NCBI GenBank assembly: GCA_044892505.1
Contig: CM097882.1
Span: forward strand, 58,962,001-59,026,000
Direction: 5' to 3'
Source of the DNA: Schmidtea nova
Taxonomy: Eukaryota
DNA length: 64,000 nucleotides
The position numbers were made by a program, and so were the translations under genes. The notes beneath the pieces are model-generated. The model did no database searches. It was not told the DNA's origin and saw nothing but the letters and a program-made list of their open reading frames with translations. Shown here piece after piece: positions 25,036 through 38,040 of the stretch; the first letter of the stretch is position 1, and each line of letters begins with the position of its first letter.

Positions 25036-27183
25036 ATTTTAAATATTATTATTTTTAAAATTTTTTTATTTTTATTTTTAATTTTAAACTTTTAATTAAT
25101 TTTATGTACAATCATCTATTAATTTTATAATTTGAAGTTTAGTTCGTTTTGTTGTTTTATATTTTTTTTTATTACAAATAATTAATTATAATAAATTAAT
25201 CAAAATACATGATATTATATGATCCTGATTATATCAAATTTATTCTTTAAAAATTTCTTTAATAATATTTTTTAAAAACAGATTAGTTATTAATTTATCC
25301 AAGTTCTAAATTCAGTTTTTTAGATCAAGATCCAAATATAATTTGGAACATGCACATTTGCATCACTATTGATTGTATTGATGTTAGAGTGTTTTGGAAA
25401 GCTATTTTCTGTTCATATTGGAATTATAATTTGCATATTAAACTTTGATAGATTATGTTTCCGTATTGTCAAAATTTTACAAGTCTTTTCTAGTCCAACA
25501 ATTTCCTATAATCACATTTTGTTATTCACAACCAAATTTTTTGAAATATATTTTAATTACATTATTGTTTAGGCAAAGACGTAGGGCGACGAAAGCATGA
25601 CTTGAACTATTTATCAGACGAGACGTCACTTGCATGATTTAATTATTTTATTTTAATGGCAATTCTTGTTCAGCAAGCAAAATGCCCCATCATTAGTTTT
25701 ATTATAGTTTTTTAAATTTAAGAGAGAAACCTAAGAAATTTAAGGTATTATTTGACAAAAAAAGAAAAATGTAAGTTAAAGCGAGGAAATCAATTTAAAG
25801 TTAAAAGTATTAAAGTAAGATAATGACAAACATGAGAATTTAGTATTATAATTTTAAAATATTTTAGTATAATTTTTTAAATAATTTTAAATAAAAGTAA
25901 TTTCTTCAATTTTTAAATAACTTTAAAAAGTTTTGGTTTTAAGTTTCTTATTTTATTTTTATTTTTTAGATATTACATAAAAAAAAATTAGGCCAAATAA
26001 GAAAAGATGATAATTTGATTGAAAGAAAAAAAACATGATCGACTAAAATACTCTAAGAATATTAAATAAACCACAGATTTTCATATAATAAAATATTTCC
26101 AGTAAATTATTATTTTGTAATTTATTATTGTTTCTACACTTAAATTATGTTGATGTGAACAAACTAGGGAATAGTATTCCAAGTGTGGTAATGATCATGA
26201 TGAAATAATAATAATAAAAAATTAGTATTAATAATAATGATAACGTCATTCTGCAGACTTGACATTCCATATTTATTCGTGGGGTTTCTCAATATTGCTC
26301 CTGGCACGTACACCAAAATCTATTTTGAATCTGCGACATTTTGTGGACCTCTTAAGAAATTACAAAATGATTAAGCATAAAATATTTAACTTTAATATAA
26401 AATCGAACAGTGACATAAAGTGAAAATCAAATAATAAAATAAAATACGTTAGAGATTAAAAAATATTTAAAATTAATTTTAAAATATTATTAAATATATT
26501 ATTAAAATTTAATTATTTTTTAATAAATTTTATTAATAAAAAACTTTAAAAGATCTTTAAAAAATTGAAAGCTTTATGTTTTCTATTTAATTTTTATATT
26601 ATATATTAAACAAACTTAACTCTGGTAAGAAAAGAAGGTAAATTAATTGAAAGAAACCAAAACATATAATCAAAGAAAAATTGATAAAGATTGTTTACTA
26701 AACGATAGATTTCATATATTAAAAGATTTGTTATAAATCTTTGCTTTGTTTTTATTAGTTTTGCATTTAACTTATGCCGCTAAGAAGAAATCACGAAATT
26801 CTAATCCAAATATGGAAAGAATGATGTTGATGATAATAGTGATGAAAATATAATTATAATAATAATAACAATAAAAATAAAAAATAATAAGAGTATAAAC
26901 TTATTCAAATAATAAAACTAATATTAATTTTAATAAATATTTATTCGTAAAAAATTAATTAAATATAATTCTAAAACATGTTAATTTATATTCTAAGTAA
27001 TAGAATTTTTTTTTTATTTTTTTTATGTTTTTCCACAAAGTCGTAATCTTTTGAATTAACAATATTATCTTTTTTTTTAATTTTCGAATCTTTTATTGGG
27101 TAGTAATTCTTTTTTTCTTCTTATTCATAGCTATTTGATTGTTTATTTATAATTTATTTTAAAAAGCAAATTAATAATATAAA

Positions 27184-28287
27184 ATGAAACGCAACGCTAC
27201 ATCAGATATAAATCATACAAATTGGGATAAAGAAGAAGAAAAGGAAGAAAGAGGTGAATTTGTTACAGCAAATAAGAACATTATATCTCAACGAAAATTA
27301 ATTTCAGCTAGAAGAAAACCAACTTCAAATTCAACAAAAAATGTGTTTAAGTCATTTACTGGATTTTCCAGTACAGTCACTGAACCGTCTAAAAATACGT
27401 TTGGCACTATTCCTGACTCTAGCAACAGGGATAAAAACAAAGAAAAGCACATAAATTCACTGAAATTATTGAATAAAAAATTTCTTGAATGCATTCAAAA
27501 GCATATTAGTGAAAATCCATTATGCGTCCTTACTCCTACACTGGAGGATTACAATAAAAACGTTGATATTATAAAAGAAAAATATCCTTTATCAACCATG
27601 TCATCAAATGTTACTGAAACTGTATCAACATCATCGAGTACAAAACCAATTTTCAGTTTTCTAAAAGATGAAATTGAAACAGCTAATAAATTCGACTTTG
27701 GATTGAAAAATGTCGATGTTTCTAAACCATTCACTTTACTAACACAGTCTTCAACGGATAAAGTACCACATTTTGGATTACCTTCTACTTCGTCTGTAGA
27801 TGTTAAAATCGCTTCGGTCGGATTTTCGAATAGTTCAAATAGTCTTTTCAGTTTTCCCGCTACTACAACATTGACACTTTTTGCGCCCAGCGCAGCACCT
27901 AAATGTAATGATGAAGAAGAAGAATATGTTCCTCCTGTCGCTGAAGTGCGCGAAGTTAAGGAAAAAGATTCGATTTATGAAGTTCGTTGTAAACTATTTT
28001 ATCAAGTAGAGAGCAAATGGAAAAATCGTGGTGTTGGAAATTTGTTCATTAAACCTATAGAAAAAGGAAAGTTTCAACTTGTTCTTCGAGCTGATAATAG
28101 TCTTGCTACAATCATTTTAAATGTACTCATTAATGATAAGATGCCTCTAAGCGTAACAAAAAATAATCTTTCTTTTGTTGCCATGACAGACTTTTGCAAA
28201 GAAATAAAGTTGACTCCGTTGCTCATTCGTGTCAAAAGTTCAGAAGAAGCAGAAGCTTTATTGGCAGCAATGAAACAACAGTTTTAG
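27184..28287 (+). CDS. Nup50: Nup50-like protein, copy 9 (P186L, T352S)
   Basis: Intact 367-aa ORF; same protein as copy 3. Confidence 0.95.
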   Translation: MKRNATSDINHTNWDKEEEKEERGEFVTANKNIISQRKLISARRKPTSNSTKNVFKSFTGFSSTVTEPSKNTFGTIPDSSNRDKNKEKHINSLKLLNKKFLECIQKHISENPLCVLTPTLEDYNKNVDIIKEKYPLSTMSSNVTETVSTSSSTKPIFSFLKDEIETANKFDFGLKNVDVSKPFTLLTQSSTDKVPHFGLPSTSSVDVKIASVGFSNSSNSLFSFPATTTLTLFAPSAAPKCNDEEEEYVPPVAEVREVKEKDSIYEVRCKLFYQVESKWKNRGVGNLFIKPIEKGKFQLVLRADNSLATIILNVLINDKMPLSVTKNNLSFVAMTDFCKEIKLTPLLIRVKSSEEAEALLAAMKQQF

Positions 28288-30437
28288 ATTTTAAATATTA
28301 TTATTTTTAAAATTTTTTTATTTTTATTTTTAATTTTAAACTTTTAATTAATTTTATGTACAATCATCTATTAATTTTATAATTTGAAGTTTAGTTCGTT
28401 TTGTTGTTTTATATTTTTTTTTATTACAAATAATTAATTATAATAAATTAATCAAAATACATGATATTATATGATCCTGATTATATCAAATTTATTCTTT
28501 AAAAATTTCTTTAATAATATTTTTTAAAAACAGATTAGTTATTAATTTATCCAAGTTCTAAATTCAGTTTTTTAGATCAAGATCCAAATATAATTTGGAA
28601 CATGCACATTTGCATCACTATTGATTGTATTGATGTTAGAGTGTTTTGGAAAGCTATTTTCTGTTCATATTGGAATTATAATTTGCATATTAAACTTTGA
28701 TAGATTATGTTTGCGTATTGTCAAAATTTAACAAGTCTTTTCTAGTCCAACAATTTCCTATAATCACATTTTGTTATTCACAACCAAATTTTTTGAAATA
28801 TATTTTAATTACATTATTGTTTAGGCAAAGACGTAGGGCGACGAAAGCATGACTTGAACTATTTATCAGACGAGACGTCACTTGCATGATTTAATTATTT
28901 TATTTTAATGGCAATTCTTGTTCAGCAAGCAAAATGCCCCATCATTAGTTTTATTATAGTTTTTTAAATTTAAGAGAGAAACCTAAGAAATTTAAGGTAT
29001 TATTTGACAAAAAAAGAAAAATGTAAGTTAAAGCGAGGAAATCAATTTAAAGTTAAAAGTATTAAAGTAAGATAATGACAAACATGAGAATTTAGTATTA
29101 TAATTTTAAAATATTTTAGTATAATTTTTTAAATAATTTTAAATAAAAGTAATTTCTTCAATTTTTAAATAACTTTAAAAAGTTTTGGTTTTAAGTTTCT
29201 TATTTTATTTTTATTTTTTAGATATTACATAAAAAAAAATTAGGCCAAATAAGAAAAGATGATAATTTGATTGAAAGAAAAAAAACATGATCGAATAAAA
29301 TACTCTAAGAATATTAAATAAACCACAGATTTTCATATAATAAAATATTTCCAGTAAATTATTATTTTGTAATTTATTATTGTTTCTACACTTAAATTAT
29401 GTTGATGTGAACAAACTAGGGAATAGTATTCCAAGTGTGGTAATGATCATGATGAAATAATAATAATAAAAAATTAGTATTAATAATAATGATAACGTCA
29501 TTCTGCAGACTTGACATTCCATATTTATTCGTGGGTTTTCTCAATATTGCTCCTGGCACGTACACCAAAATCTATTTTGAATCTGCGACATTTTGTGGAC
29601 CTCTTAAGAAATTACAAAATGATTAAGCATAAAATATTTAACTTTAATATAAAATCGAACAGTGACATAAAGTGAAAATCAAATAATAAAATAAAATACG
29701 TTAGAGATTAAAAAATATTTAAAAATAATTTTAAAATATTATTAAATATATTATTAAAATTTAATTATTTTTTAATAAATTTTATTAATAAAAAACTTTA
29801 AAAGATCTTTAAAAAATTGAAAGCTTTATGTTTTCTATTTAATTTTTATATTATATATTAAACAAACTTAACTCTGGTAAGAAAAGAAGGTAAATTAATT
29901 GAAAGAAACCAAAACATATAATCAAAGAAAAATTGATAAAGATTGTTTACTAAACGATAGATTTTCATATATTAAAAGATTTGTTATAAATCTTTGCTTT
30001 GTTTTTATTAGTTTTGCATTTAACTTATGCCGCTAAGAAGAAATCACAAAATTCTAATCCAAATATGGAAAGAATGATGTTGATGATAATAGTGATGAAA
30101 ATATAATTATAATAATAATAACAATAAAAATAAAAAATAATAAGAGTATAAACTTATTCAAATAATAAAACTAATATTAATTTTAATAAATATTTATTCG
30201 TAAAAAATTAATTAAATATAATTCTAAAACATGTTAATTTATATTCTAAGTAAAAGAATTTTTTTTTTATTTTTTTTATGTAATTTCCACAAAGTCGTAA
30301 TCTTTTGAATTAACAATATTATCTTTTTTTTTAATTTTCGAATCTTTTATTGGGTAGTAATTCTTTTTTTCTTCTTATTCATAGCTATTTGATTGTTTAT
30401 TTATAATTTATTTTAAAAAGCAAATTAATAATATAAA

Positions 30438-31541
30438 ATGAAACGCAACGCTACATCAGATATAAATCATACAAATTGGGATAAAGAAGAAGAAAAGGAA
30501 GAAAGAGGTGAATTTGTTACAGCAAATAAGAACATTATATCTCAACGAAAATTAATTTCAGCTAGAAGAAAACCAACTTCAAATTCAACAAAAAATGTGT
30601 TTAAGTCATTTACTGGATTTTCCAGTACAGTCACTGAACCGTCTAAAAATACGTTTGGCACTATTCCTGACTCTAGCAACAGGGATAAAAACAAAGAAAA
30701 GCACATAAATTCACTGAAATTATTGAATAAAAAATTTCTTGAATGCATTCAAAAGCATATTAGTGAAAATCCATTATGCGTCCTTACTCCTACACTGGAG
30801 GATTACAATAAAAACGTTGATATTATAAAAGAAAAATATCCTTTATCAACCATGTCATCAAATGTTACTGAAACTGTATCAACATCATCGAGTACAAAAC
30901 CAATTTTCAGTTTTCTAAAAGATGAAATTGAAACAGCTAATAAATTCGACTTTGGATTGAAAAATGTCGATGTTTCTAAACCATTCACTTTACCAACACA
31001 GTCTTCAACGGATAAAGTACCACATTTTGGATTACCTTCTACTTCGTCTGTAGATGTTAAAATCGCTTCGGTCGGATTTTCGAATAGTTCAAATAGTCTT
31101 TTCAGTTTTCCCGCTACTACAACATTGACACTTTTTGCGCCCAGCGCAGCACCTAAATGTAATGATGAAGAAGAAGAATATGTTCCTCCTGTCGCTGAAG
31201 TGCGCGAAGTTAAGGAAAAAGATTCGATTTATGAAGTTCGTTGTAAACTATTTTATCAAGTAGAGAGCAAATGGAAAAATCGTGGTGTTGGAAATTTGTT
31301 CATTAAACCTATAGAAAAAGGAAAGTTTCAACTTGTTCTTCGAGCTGATAATAGTCTTGCTACAATCATTTTAAATGTACTCATTAATGATAAGATGCCT
31401 CTAAGCGTAACAAAAAATAATCTTTCTTTTGTTGCCATGACAGACTTTTGCAAAGAAATAAAGTTGACTCCGTTGCTCATTCGTGTCAAAACTTCAGAAG
31501 AAGCAGAAGCTTTATTGGCAGCAATGAAACAACAGTTTTAG
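30438..31541 (+). CDS. Nup50: Nup50-like protein, copy 10 (consensus protein)
   Basis: Intact 367-aa ORF. Confidence 0.95.
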   Translation: MKRNATSDINHTNWDKEEEKEERGEFVTANKNIISQRKLISARRKPTSNSTKNVFKSFTGFSSTVTEPSKNTFGTIPDSSNRDKNKEKHINSLKLLNKKFLECIQKHISENPLCVLTPTLEDYNKNVDIIKEKYPLSTMSSNVTETVSTSSSTKPIFSFLKDEIETANKFDFGLKNVDVSKPFTLPTQSSTDKVPHFGLPSTSSVDVKIASVGFSNSSNSLFSFPATTTLTLFAPSAAPKCNDEEEEYVPPVAEVREVKEKDSIYEVRCKLFYQVESKWKNRGVGNLFIKPIEKGKFQLVLRADNSLATIILNVLINDKMPLSVTKNNLSFVAMTDFCKEIKLTPLLIRVKTSEEAEALLAAMKQQF

Positions 31542-33687
31542 ATTTTAAATATTATTATTTTTAAAATTTTTTTATTTTTATTTTTAATTTTAAACTTTTA
31601 ATTAATTTTATGTACAATCATCTATTAATTTTATAATTTGAAGTTTACTTCGTTTAGTTGTTTTATATTTTTTTTATTACAAATAATTAATTATAATAAA
31701 TTAATCAAAATACATGATATTATATGATCCTGATTATATCAAATTTATTCTTTAAAAATTTCTTTAATATTTTTTAAAAACAGATTAGTTATTAATTTAT
31801 CCAAGTTCTAAATTCAGTTTTTTAGATCAAGATCCAAATATAATTTGGAACATGCACATTTGCATCACTATTGATTGTATTGATGTTAGAGTGTTTTGGA
31901 AAGCTATTTTCTATTCATATTGGAATTATAATTTGCATATTAAACTTTGATAGATTATGTTTCCGTATTGTCAAAATTTAACAAGTCTTTTCTAGTCCAA
32001 CAATTTCCTATAATCACATTTTGTTATTCACAACCAATTTTTTTGAAATATATTTTAATTACATTATTGTTTAGGCAAAGACGTAGGGCGACGAAAGGAT
32101 GACTTGAACTATTTATCAGACGAGACGTCACTTGCATGATTTAATTATTTTATTTTAATGGCAATTCTTGTTCAGCAATCAAAATGCCCCATCATTAGTT
32201 TTATTATAGTTTTTTAAATTTAAGAGAGAAACCTAGGAAATTGAAGGTATTATTTGACAAAAAAAGAAAAATGTAAGGTGAAGCGAGGAAATCAATTTAA
32301 AGTTAAAAGTATTAAAGTAAGATAATGACAAACATGAGAATTTAGTATTATAATTTTAAAATATTTTAGTATAATTTTTTAAATAATTTTAAATAAAAGT
32401 AATTTCTTCAATTTTTAAATAACTTTAAAAAGTTTTGGTTTTAAGTTTCTTATTTTATTTTTATTTTTTAGATATTACATAAAAAAACATTAGGCCAAAT
32501 AAGAAAAGATGATAATTTGATTGAAAGAAAAAAAACATGATCGAATAAAATACTCTAAGAATATTAAATAAACCACAGATTTTCATATAATAAAATATTT
32601 CCAGTAAATTATTATTTTGTAATTTATTATTTTTTCTACACTTAAATTATGTTGATGTGAACAAACTAGGGAATAGTATTCCAAGTGTGGTAATGATCAT
32701 GATGAAATAATAATAATAAAAAATTAGTATTAATAATAATGATAACGTCATTCTGCAGACTTGACATTCCATATTTATTCGTGGGTTTTCTCAATATTGC
32801 TCCTGGCACGTACACCAAAATCTATTTTGAATCTGCGACATTTTGTGGACCTCTTAAGAAATTACAAAATGATTAAGCATAAAATATTTAACTTTAATAT
32901 AAAATCGAACAGTGACATAAAGTGAAAATCAAATAATAAAATAAAATACGTTAGAGATTAAAAAATATTTAAAAATAATTTTAAAATATTATTAAATATA
33001 TTATTAAAATTTAATTATTTTTTAATAAATTTTATTAATAAAAAACTTTAAAAGATCTTTAAAAAATTGAAAGCTTTATGTTTTCTATTTAATTTTTATA
33101 TTATATATTAAACAAACTTAACTCTGGTAAGAAAAGAAGGTAAATTAATTGAAAGAAACCAAAACATATAATCAAAGAAAAATTGATAAAGATTGTTTAC
33201 TAAACGATAGATTTTCATATATTAAAAGATTTGTTATAAATCTTTGCTTTGTTTTTATTAGTTTTGCATTTAACTTATGCCGCTAAGAAGAAATCACAAA
33301 ATTCTAATCCAAATATGGAAAGAATGATGTTGATGATAATAGTGATGAAAATATAATTATAATAATAATAACAATAAAAATAAAAAATAATAAGAGTATA
33401 AACTTATTCAAATAATAAAACTAATATTAATTTTAATAAATATTTATTCGTAAAAAATTAATTAAATATAATTCTAAAACATGTTAATTTATATTCTAAG
33501 TAAAAGAATTTTTTTTTTATTTTTTTTATGTAATTTCCACAAAGTCGTAATCTTTTGAATTAACAATATTATCTTTTTTTTTAATTTTCGAATCTTTTAT
33601 TGGGTAGTAATTCTTTTTTTCTTCTTATTCATAGCTATTTGATTGTTTATTTATAATTTATTTTAAAAAGCAAATTAATAATATAAA

Positions 33688-34791
33688 ATGAAACGCAACG
33701 CTACATCAGATATAAATCATACAAATTGGGATAAAGAAGAAGAAAAGGAAGAAAGAGGTGAATTTGTTACAGCAAATAAGAACATTATATCTCAACGAAA
33801 ATTAATTTCAGCTAGATGAAAACCAACTTCAAATTCAACAAAAAATGTGTTTAAGTCATTTACTGGATTTTCCAGTACAGTCACTGAACCGTCTAAAAAT
33901 ACGTTTGGCACTATTCCTGACTCTAGCAACAGGGATAAAAACAAAGAAAAGCACATAAATTCACTGAAATTATTGAATAAAAAATTTCTTGAATGCATTC
34001 GAAAGCATATTAGTGAAAATCCATTATGCGTCCTTACTCCTACACTGGAGGATTACAATAAAAACGTTGATATTATAAAAGAAAAATATCCTTTATCAAC
34101 CATGTCATCAAATGTTACTGAAACTGTATCAACATCATCGAGTACAAAACCAATTTTCAGTTTTCTAAAAGATGAAATTGAAACAGCTAATAAATTCGAC
34201 TTTGGATTGAAAAATGTCGATGTTTCTAAACCATTCACTTTACCAACACAGTCTTCAACGGATAAAGTACCACATTTTGGATTACCTTCTACTTCGTCTG
34301 TAGATGTTAAAATCGCTTCGGTCGGATTTTCGAATAGTTCAAATAGTCTTTTCAGTTTTCCCGCTACTACAACATTGACACTTTTTGCGCCCAGCGCAGC
34401 ACCTAAATGTAATGATGAAGAAGAAGAATATGTTCCTCCTGTCGCTGAAGTGCGCGAAGTTAAGGAAAAAGATTCGAATTATGAAGTTCGTTGTAAACTA
34501 TTTTATCAAGTAGAGAGCAAATGGAAAAATCGTGGTGTTGGAAATTTGTTCATTAAACCTATAGAAAAAGGAAAGTTTCAACTTGTTCTTCGAGCTGATA
34601 ATAGTCTTGCTACAATCATTTTAAATGTACTCATTAATGATAAGATGCCTCTAAGCGTAACAAAAAATAATCTTTCTTTTGTTGCCATGACAGACTTTTG
34701 CAAAGAAATAAAGTTGACTCCGTTGCTCATTCGTGTCAAAACTTCAGAAGAAGCAGAAGCTTTATTGGCAGCAATGAAACAACAGTTTTAG
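33688..34791 (+). pseudogene. Nup50: Nup50-like copy 11 with premature stop R44* (plus Q105R, I264N)
   Basis: ATG at 33688; codon 44 is AGA>TGA at 33817-33819. The ORF-track entry at 33847 is the remainder of the frame opened at a GTG, which is not a normal eukaryotic start. The next in-frame ATG is M139. Confidence 0.9.
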
Positions 34792-36936
34792 ATTTTAAAT
34801 ATTATTATTTTTAAAATTTTTTTATTTTTATTTTTAATTTTAAACTTTTAATTAATTTTATGTACAATCATCTATTAATTTTATAATTTGAAGTTTACTT
34901 CGTTTAGTTGTTTTATATTTTTTTTATTACAAATAATTAATTATAATAAATTAATCAAAATACATGATATTATATGATCCTGATTATATCAAATTTATTC
35001 TTTAAAAATTTCTTTAATATTTTTTAAAAACAGATTAGTTATTAATTTATCCAAGTTCTAAATTCAGTTTTTTAGATCAAGATCCAAATATAATTTGGAA
35101 CATGCACATTTGCATCACTATTGATTGTATTGATGTTAGAGTGTTTTGGAAAGCTATTTTCTATTCATATTGGAATTATAATTTGCATATTAAACTTTGA
35201 TAGATTATGTTTCCGTATTGTCAAAATTTAACAAGTCTTTTCTAGTCCAACAATTTCCTATAATCACATTTTGTTATTCACAACCAATTTTTTTGAAATA
35301 TATTTTAATTACATTATTGTTTAGGCAAAGACGTAGGGCGACGAAAGGATGACTTGAACTATTTATCAGACGAGACGTCACTTGCATGATTTAATTATTT
35401 TATTTTAATGGCAATTCTTGTTCAGCAATCAAAATGCCCCATCATTAGTTTTATTATAGTTTTTTAAATTTAAGAGAGAAACCTAGGAAATTGAAGGTAT
35501 TATTTGACAAAAAAAGAAAAATGTAAGGTGAAGCGAGGAAATCAATTTAAAGTTAAAAGTATTAAAGTAAGATAATGACAAACATGAGAATTTAGTATTA
35601 TAATTTTAAAATATTTTAGTATAATTTTTTAAATAATTTTAAATAAAAGTAATTTCTTCAATTTTTAAATAACTTTAAAAAGTTTTGGTTTTAAGTTTCT
35701 TATTTTATTTTTATTTTTTAGATATTACATAAAAAAACATTAGGCCAAATAAGAAAAGATGATAATTTGATTGAAAGAAAAAAAACATGATCGAATAAAA
35801 TACTCTAAGAATATTAAATAAACCACAGATTTTCATATAATAAAATATTTCCAGTAAATTATTATTTTGTAATTTATTATTTTTTCTACACTTAAATTAT
35901 GTTGATGTGAACAAACTAGGGAATAGTATTCCAAGTGTGGTAATGATCATGATGAAATAATAATAATAAAAAATTAGTATTAATAATAATGATAACGTCA
36001 TTCTGCAGACTTGACATTCCATATTTATTCGTGGGTTTTCTCAATATTGCTCCTGGCACGTACACCAAAATCTATTTTGAATCTGCGACATTTTGTGGAC
36101 CTCTTAAGAAATTACAAAATGATTAAGCATAAAATATTTAACTTTAATATAAAATCGTACAGTGACATAAAGTGAAAATCAAATAATAAAATAAAATACG
36201 TTAGAGATTAAAAAATATTTAAAAATAATTTTAAAATATTATTAAATATATTATTAAAATTTAATTATTTTTTAATAAATTTTATTAATAAAAAACTTTA
36301 AAAGATCTTTAAAAATGTGAAAGCTTTATGTTTTCTATTTAATTTTTATATTATATATTAAACAAACTTAACTCTGGTAAGAAAAGAAGGTAAATTAATT
36401 GAAAGAAACAAAAACATATAATCAAAGAAAAATTGATAAAGATTGTTTACTAAACGATAGATTTTCATATATTAAAAGATTTGTTATAAATCTTTGCTTT
36501 GTTTTTATTAGTTTTGCATTTAACTTATGCCGCTAAGAAGAAATCACAAAATTCTAATCCAAATATGGAAAGAATGATGTTGATGATAATAGTGATGAAA
36601 ATATAATTATAATAATAATAACAATAAAAATAAAAAATAATAAGAGTATAAACTTATTCAAATAATAAAACTAATATTAATTTTAATAAATATTTATTCG
36701 TAAAAAATTAATTAAATATAATTCTAAAACATGTTAATTTATATTCTAAGTAATAGAATTTTTTTTTTATTTTTTTTATGTTTTTCCACAAAGTCGTAAT
36801 CTTTTGAATTAACAATATTATCTTTTTTTTTAATTTTCGAATCTTTTATTGGGTAGTAATTCTTTTTTTCTTCTTATTCATAGCTATTTGATTGTTTATT
36901 TATAATTTATTTTAAAAAGCAAATTAATAATATAAA

Positions 36937-38040
36937 ATGAAACGCAACGCTACATCAGATATAAATCATACAAATTGGGATAAAGAAGAAGAAAAGGAAG
37001 AAAGAGGTGAATTTGTTACAGCAAATAAGAACATTATATCTCAACGAAAATTAATTTCAGCTAGAAGAAAACCAACTTCAAATTCAACAAAAAATGTGTT
37101 TAAGTCATTTACTGGATTTTCCAGTACAGTCACTGAACCGTCTAAAAATACGTTTGGCACTATTCCTGACTCTAGCAACAGGGATAAAAACAAAGAAAAG
37201 CACATAAATTCACTGAAATTATTGAATAAAAGATTTCTTGAATGTATTCAAAAGCATATTAGTGAAAATCCATTATGCGTCCTTACTCCTACACTGGAGG
37301 ATTACAATAAAAATGTTGATATTATAAAAGAAAAATATCCTTTATCAACCATGTCATCAAATGTTCCTGAAACTGTATCAACATCATCGAGTACAAAACC
37401 AATTTTCAGTTTTCTAAAAGATGAAATTGAAACAGCTAATAAATTCGACTTTGGATTGAAAAATGTCGATGTTTCTAAACCATTCACTTTACCAACACAG
37501 TCTTCAACGGATAAAGTACCACATTTTGGATTACCTTCTACTTCGTCTGTAGATGTTAAAATCGCTTCGGTCGGATTTTCGAATAGTTCAAATAGTCTTT
37601 TCAGTTTTCCCGCTACTACAACATTGACACTTTTTGCGCCCAGCGCAGCACCTAAATGTAATGATGAAGAAGAAGAATATGTTCCTCCTGTCGCTGAAGT
37701 GCGCGAAGTTAAGGAAAAAGATTCGATTTATGAAGTTCGCTGTAAACTATTTTATCAAGTAGAGAGCAAATGGAAAAATCGTGGTGTTGGAAATTTGTTC
37801 ATTAAACCTATAGAAAAAGGAAAGTTTCAACTTGTTCTTCGAGCTGATAATAGTCTTGCTACAATCATTTTAAATGTACTCATTAATGATAAGATGCCTC
37901 TAAGCGTAACAAAAAATAATCTTTCTTTTGTTGCCATGACAGACTTTTGCAAAGAAATAAAGTTGACTCCGTTGCTCATTCGTGTCAAAAGTTCAGAAGA
38001 AGCAGAAGCTTTATTGGCAGCAATGAAACAACAGTTTTAG
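36937..38040 (+). CDS. Nup50: Nup50-like protein, copy 12 (K99R, T144P, T352S)
   Basis: Intact 367-aa ORF; also synonymous C103, N126 and R268 changes. Most diverged CDS in the window. Confidence 0.95.
   Translation: MKRNATSDINHTNWDKEEEKEERGEFVTANKNIISQRKLISARRKPTSNSTKNVFKSFTGFSSTVTEPSKNTFGTIPDSSNRDKNKEKHINSLKLLNKRFLECIQKHISENPLCVLTPTLEDYNKNVDIIKEKYPLSTMSSNVPETVSTSSSTKPIFSFLKDEIETANKFDFGLKNVDVSKPFTLPTQSSTDKVPHFGLPSTSSVDVKIASVGFSNSSNSLFSFPATTTLTLFAPSAAPKCNDEEEEYVPPVAEVREVKEKDSIYEVRCKLFYQVESKWKNRGVGNLFIKPIEKGKFQLVLRADNSLATIILNVLINDKMPLSVTKNNLSFVAMTDFCKEIKLTPLLIRVKSSEEAEALLAAMKQQF

Noticed and set aside
33847-34791. 314-aa ORF treated as a separate shorter gene
   Set aside because: It is the post-stop remainder of copy 11, opened at a GTG codon.
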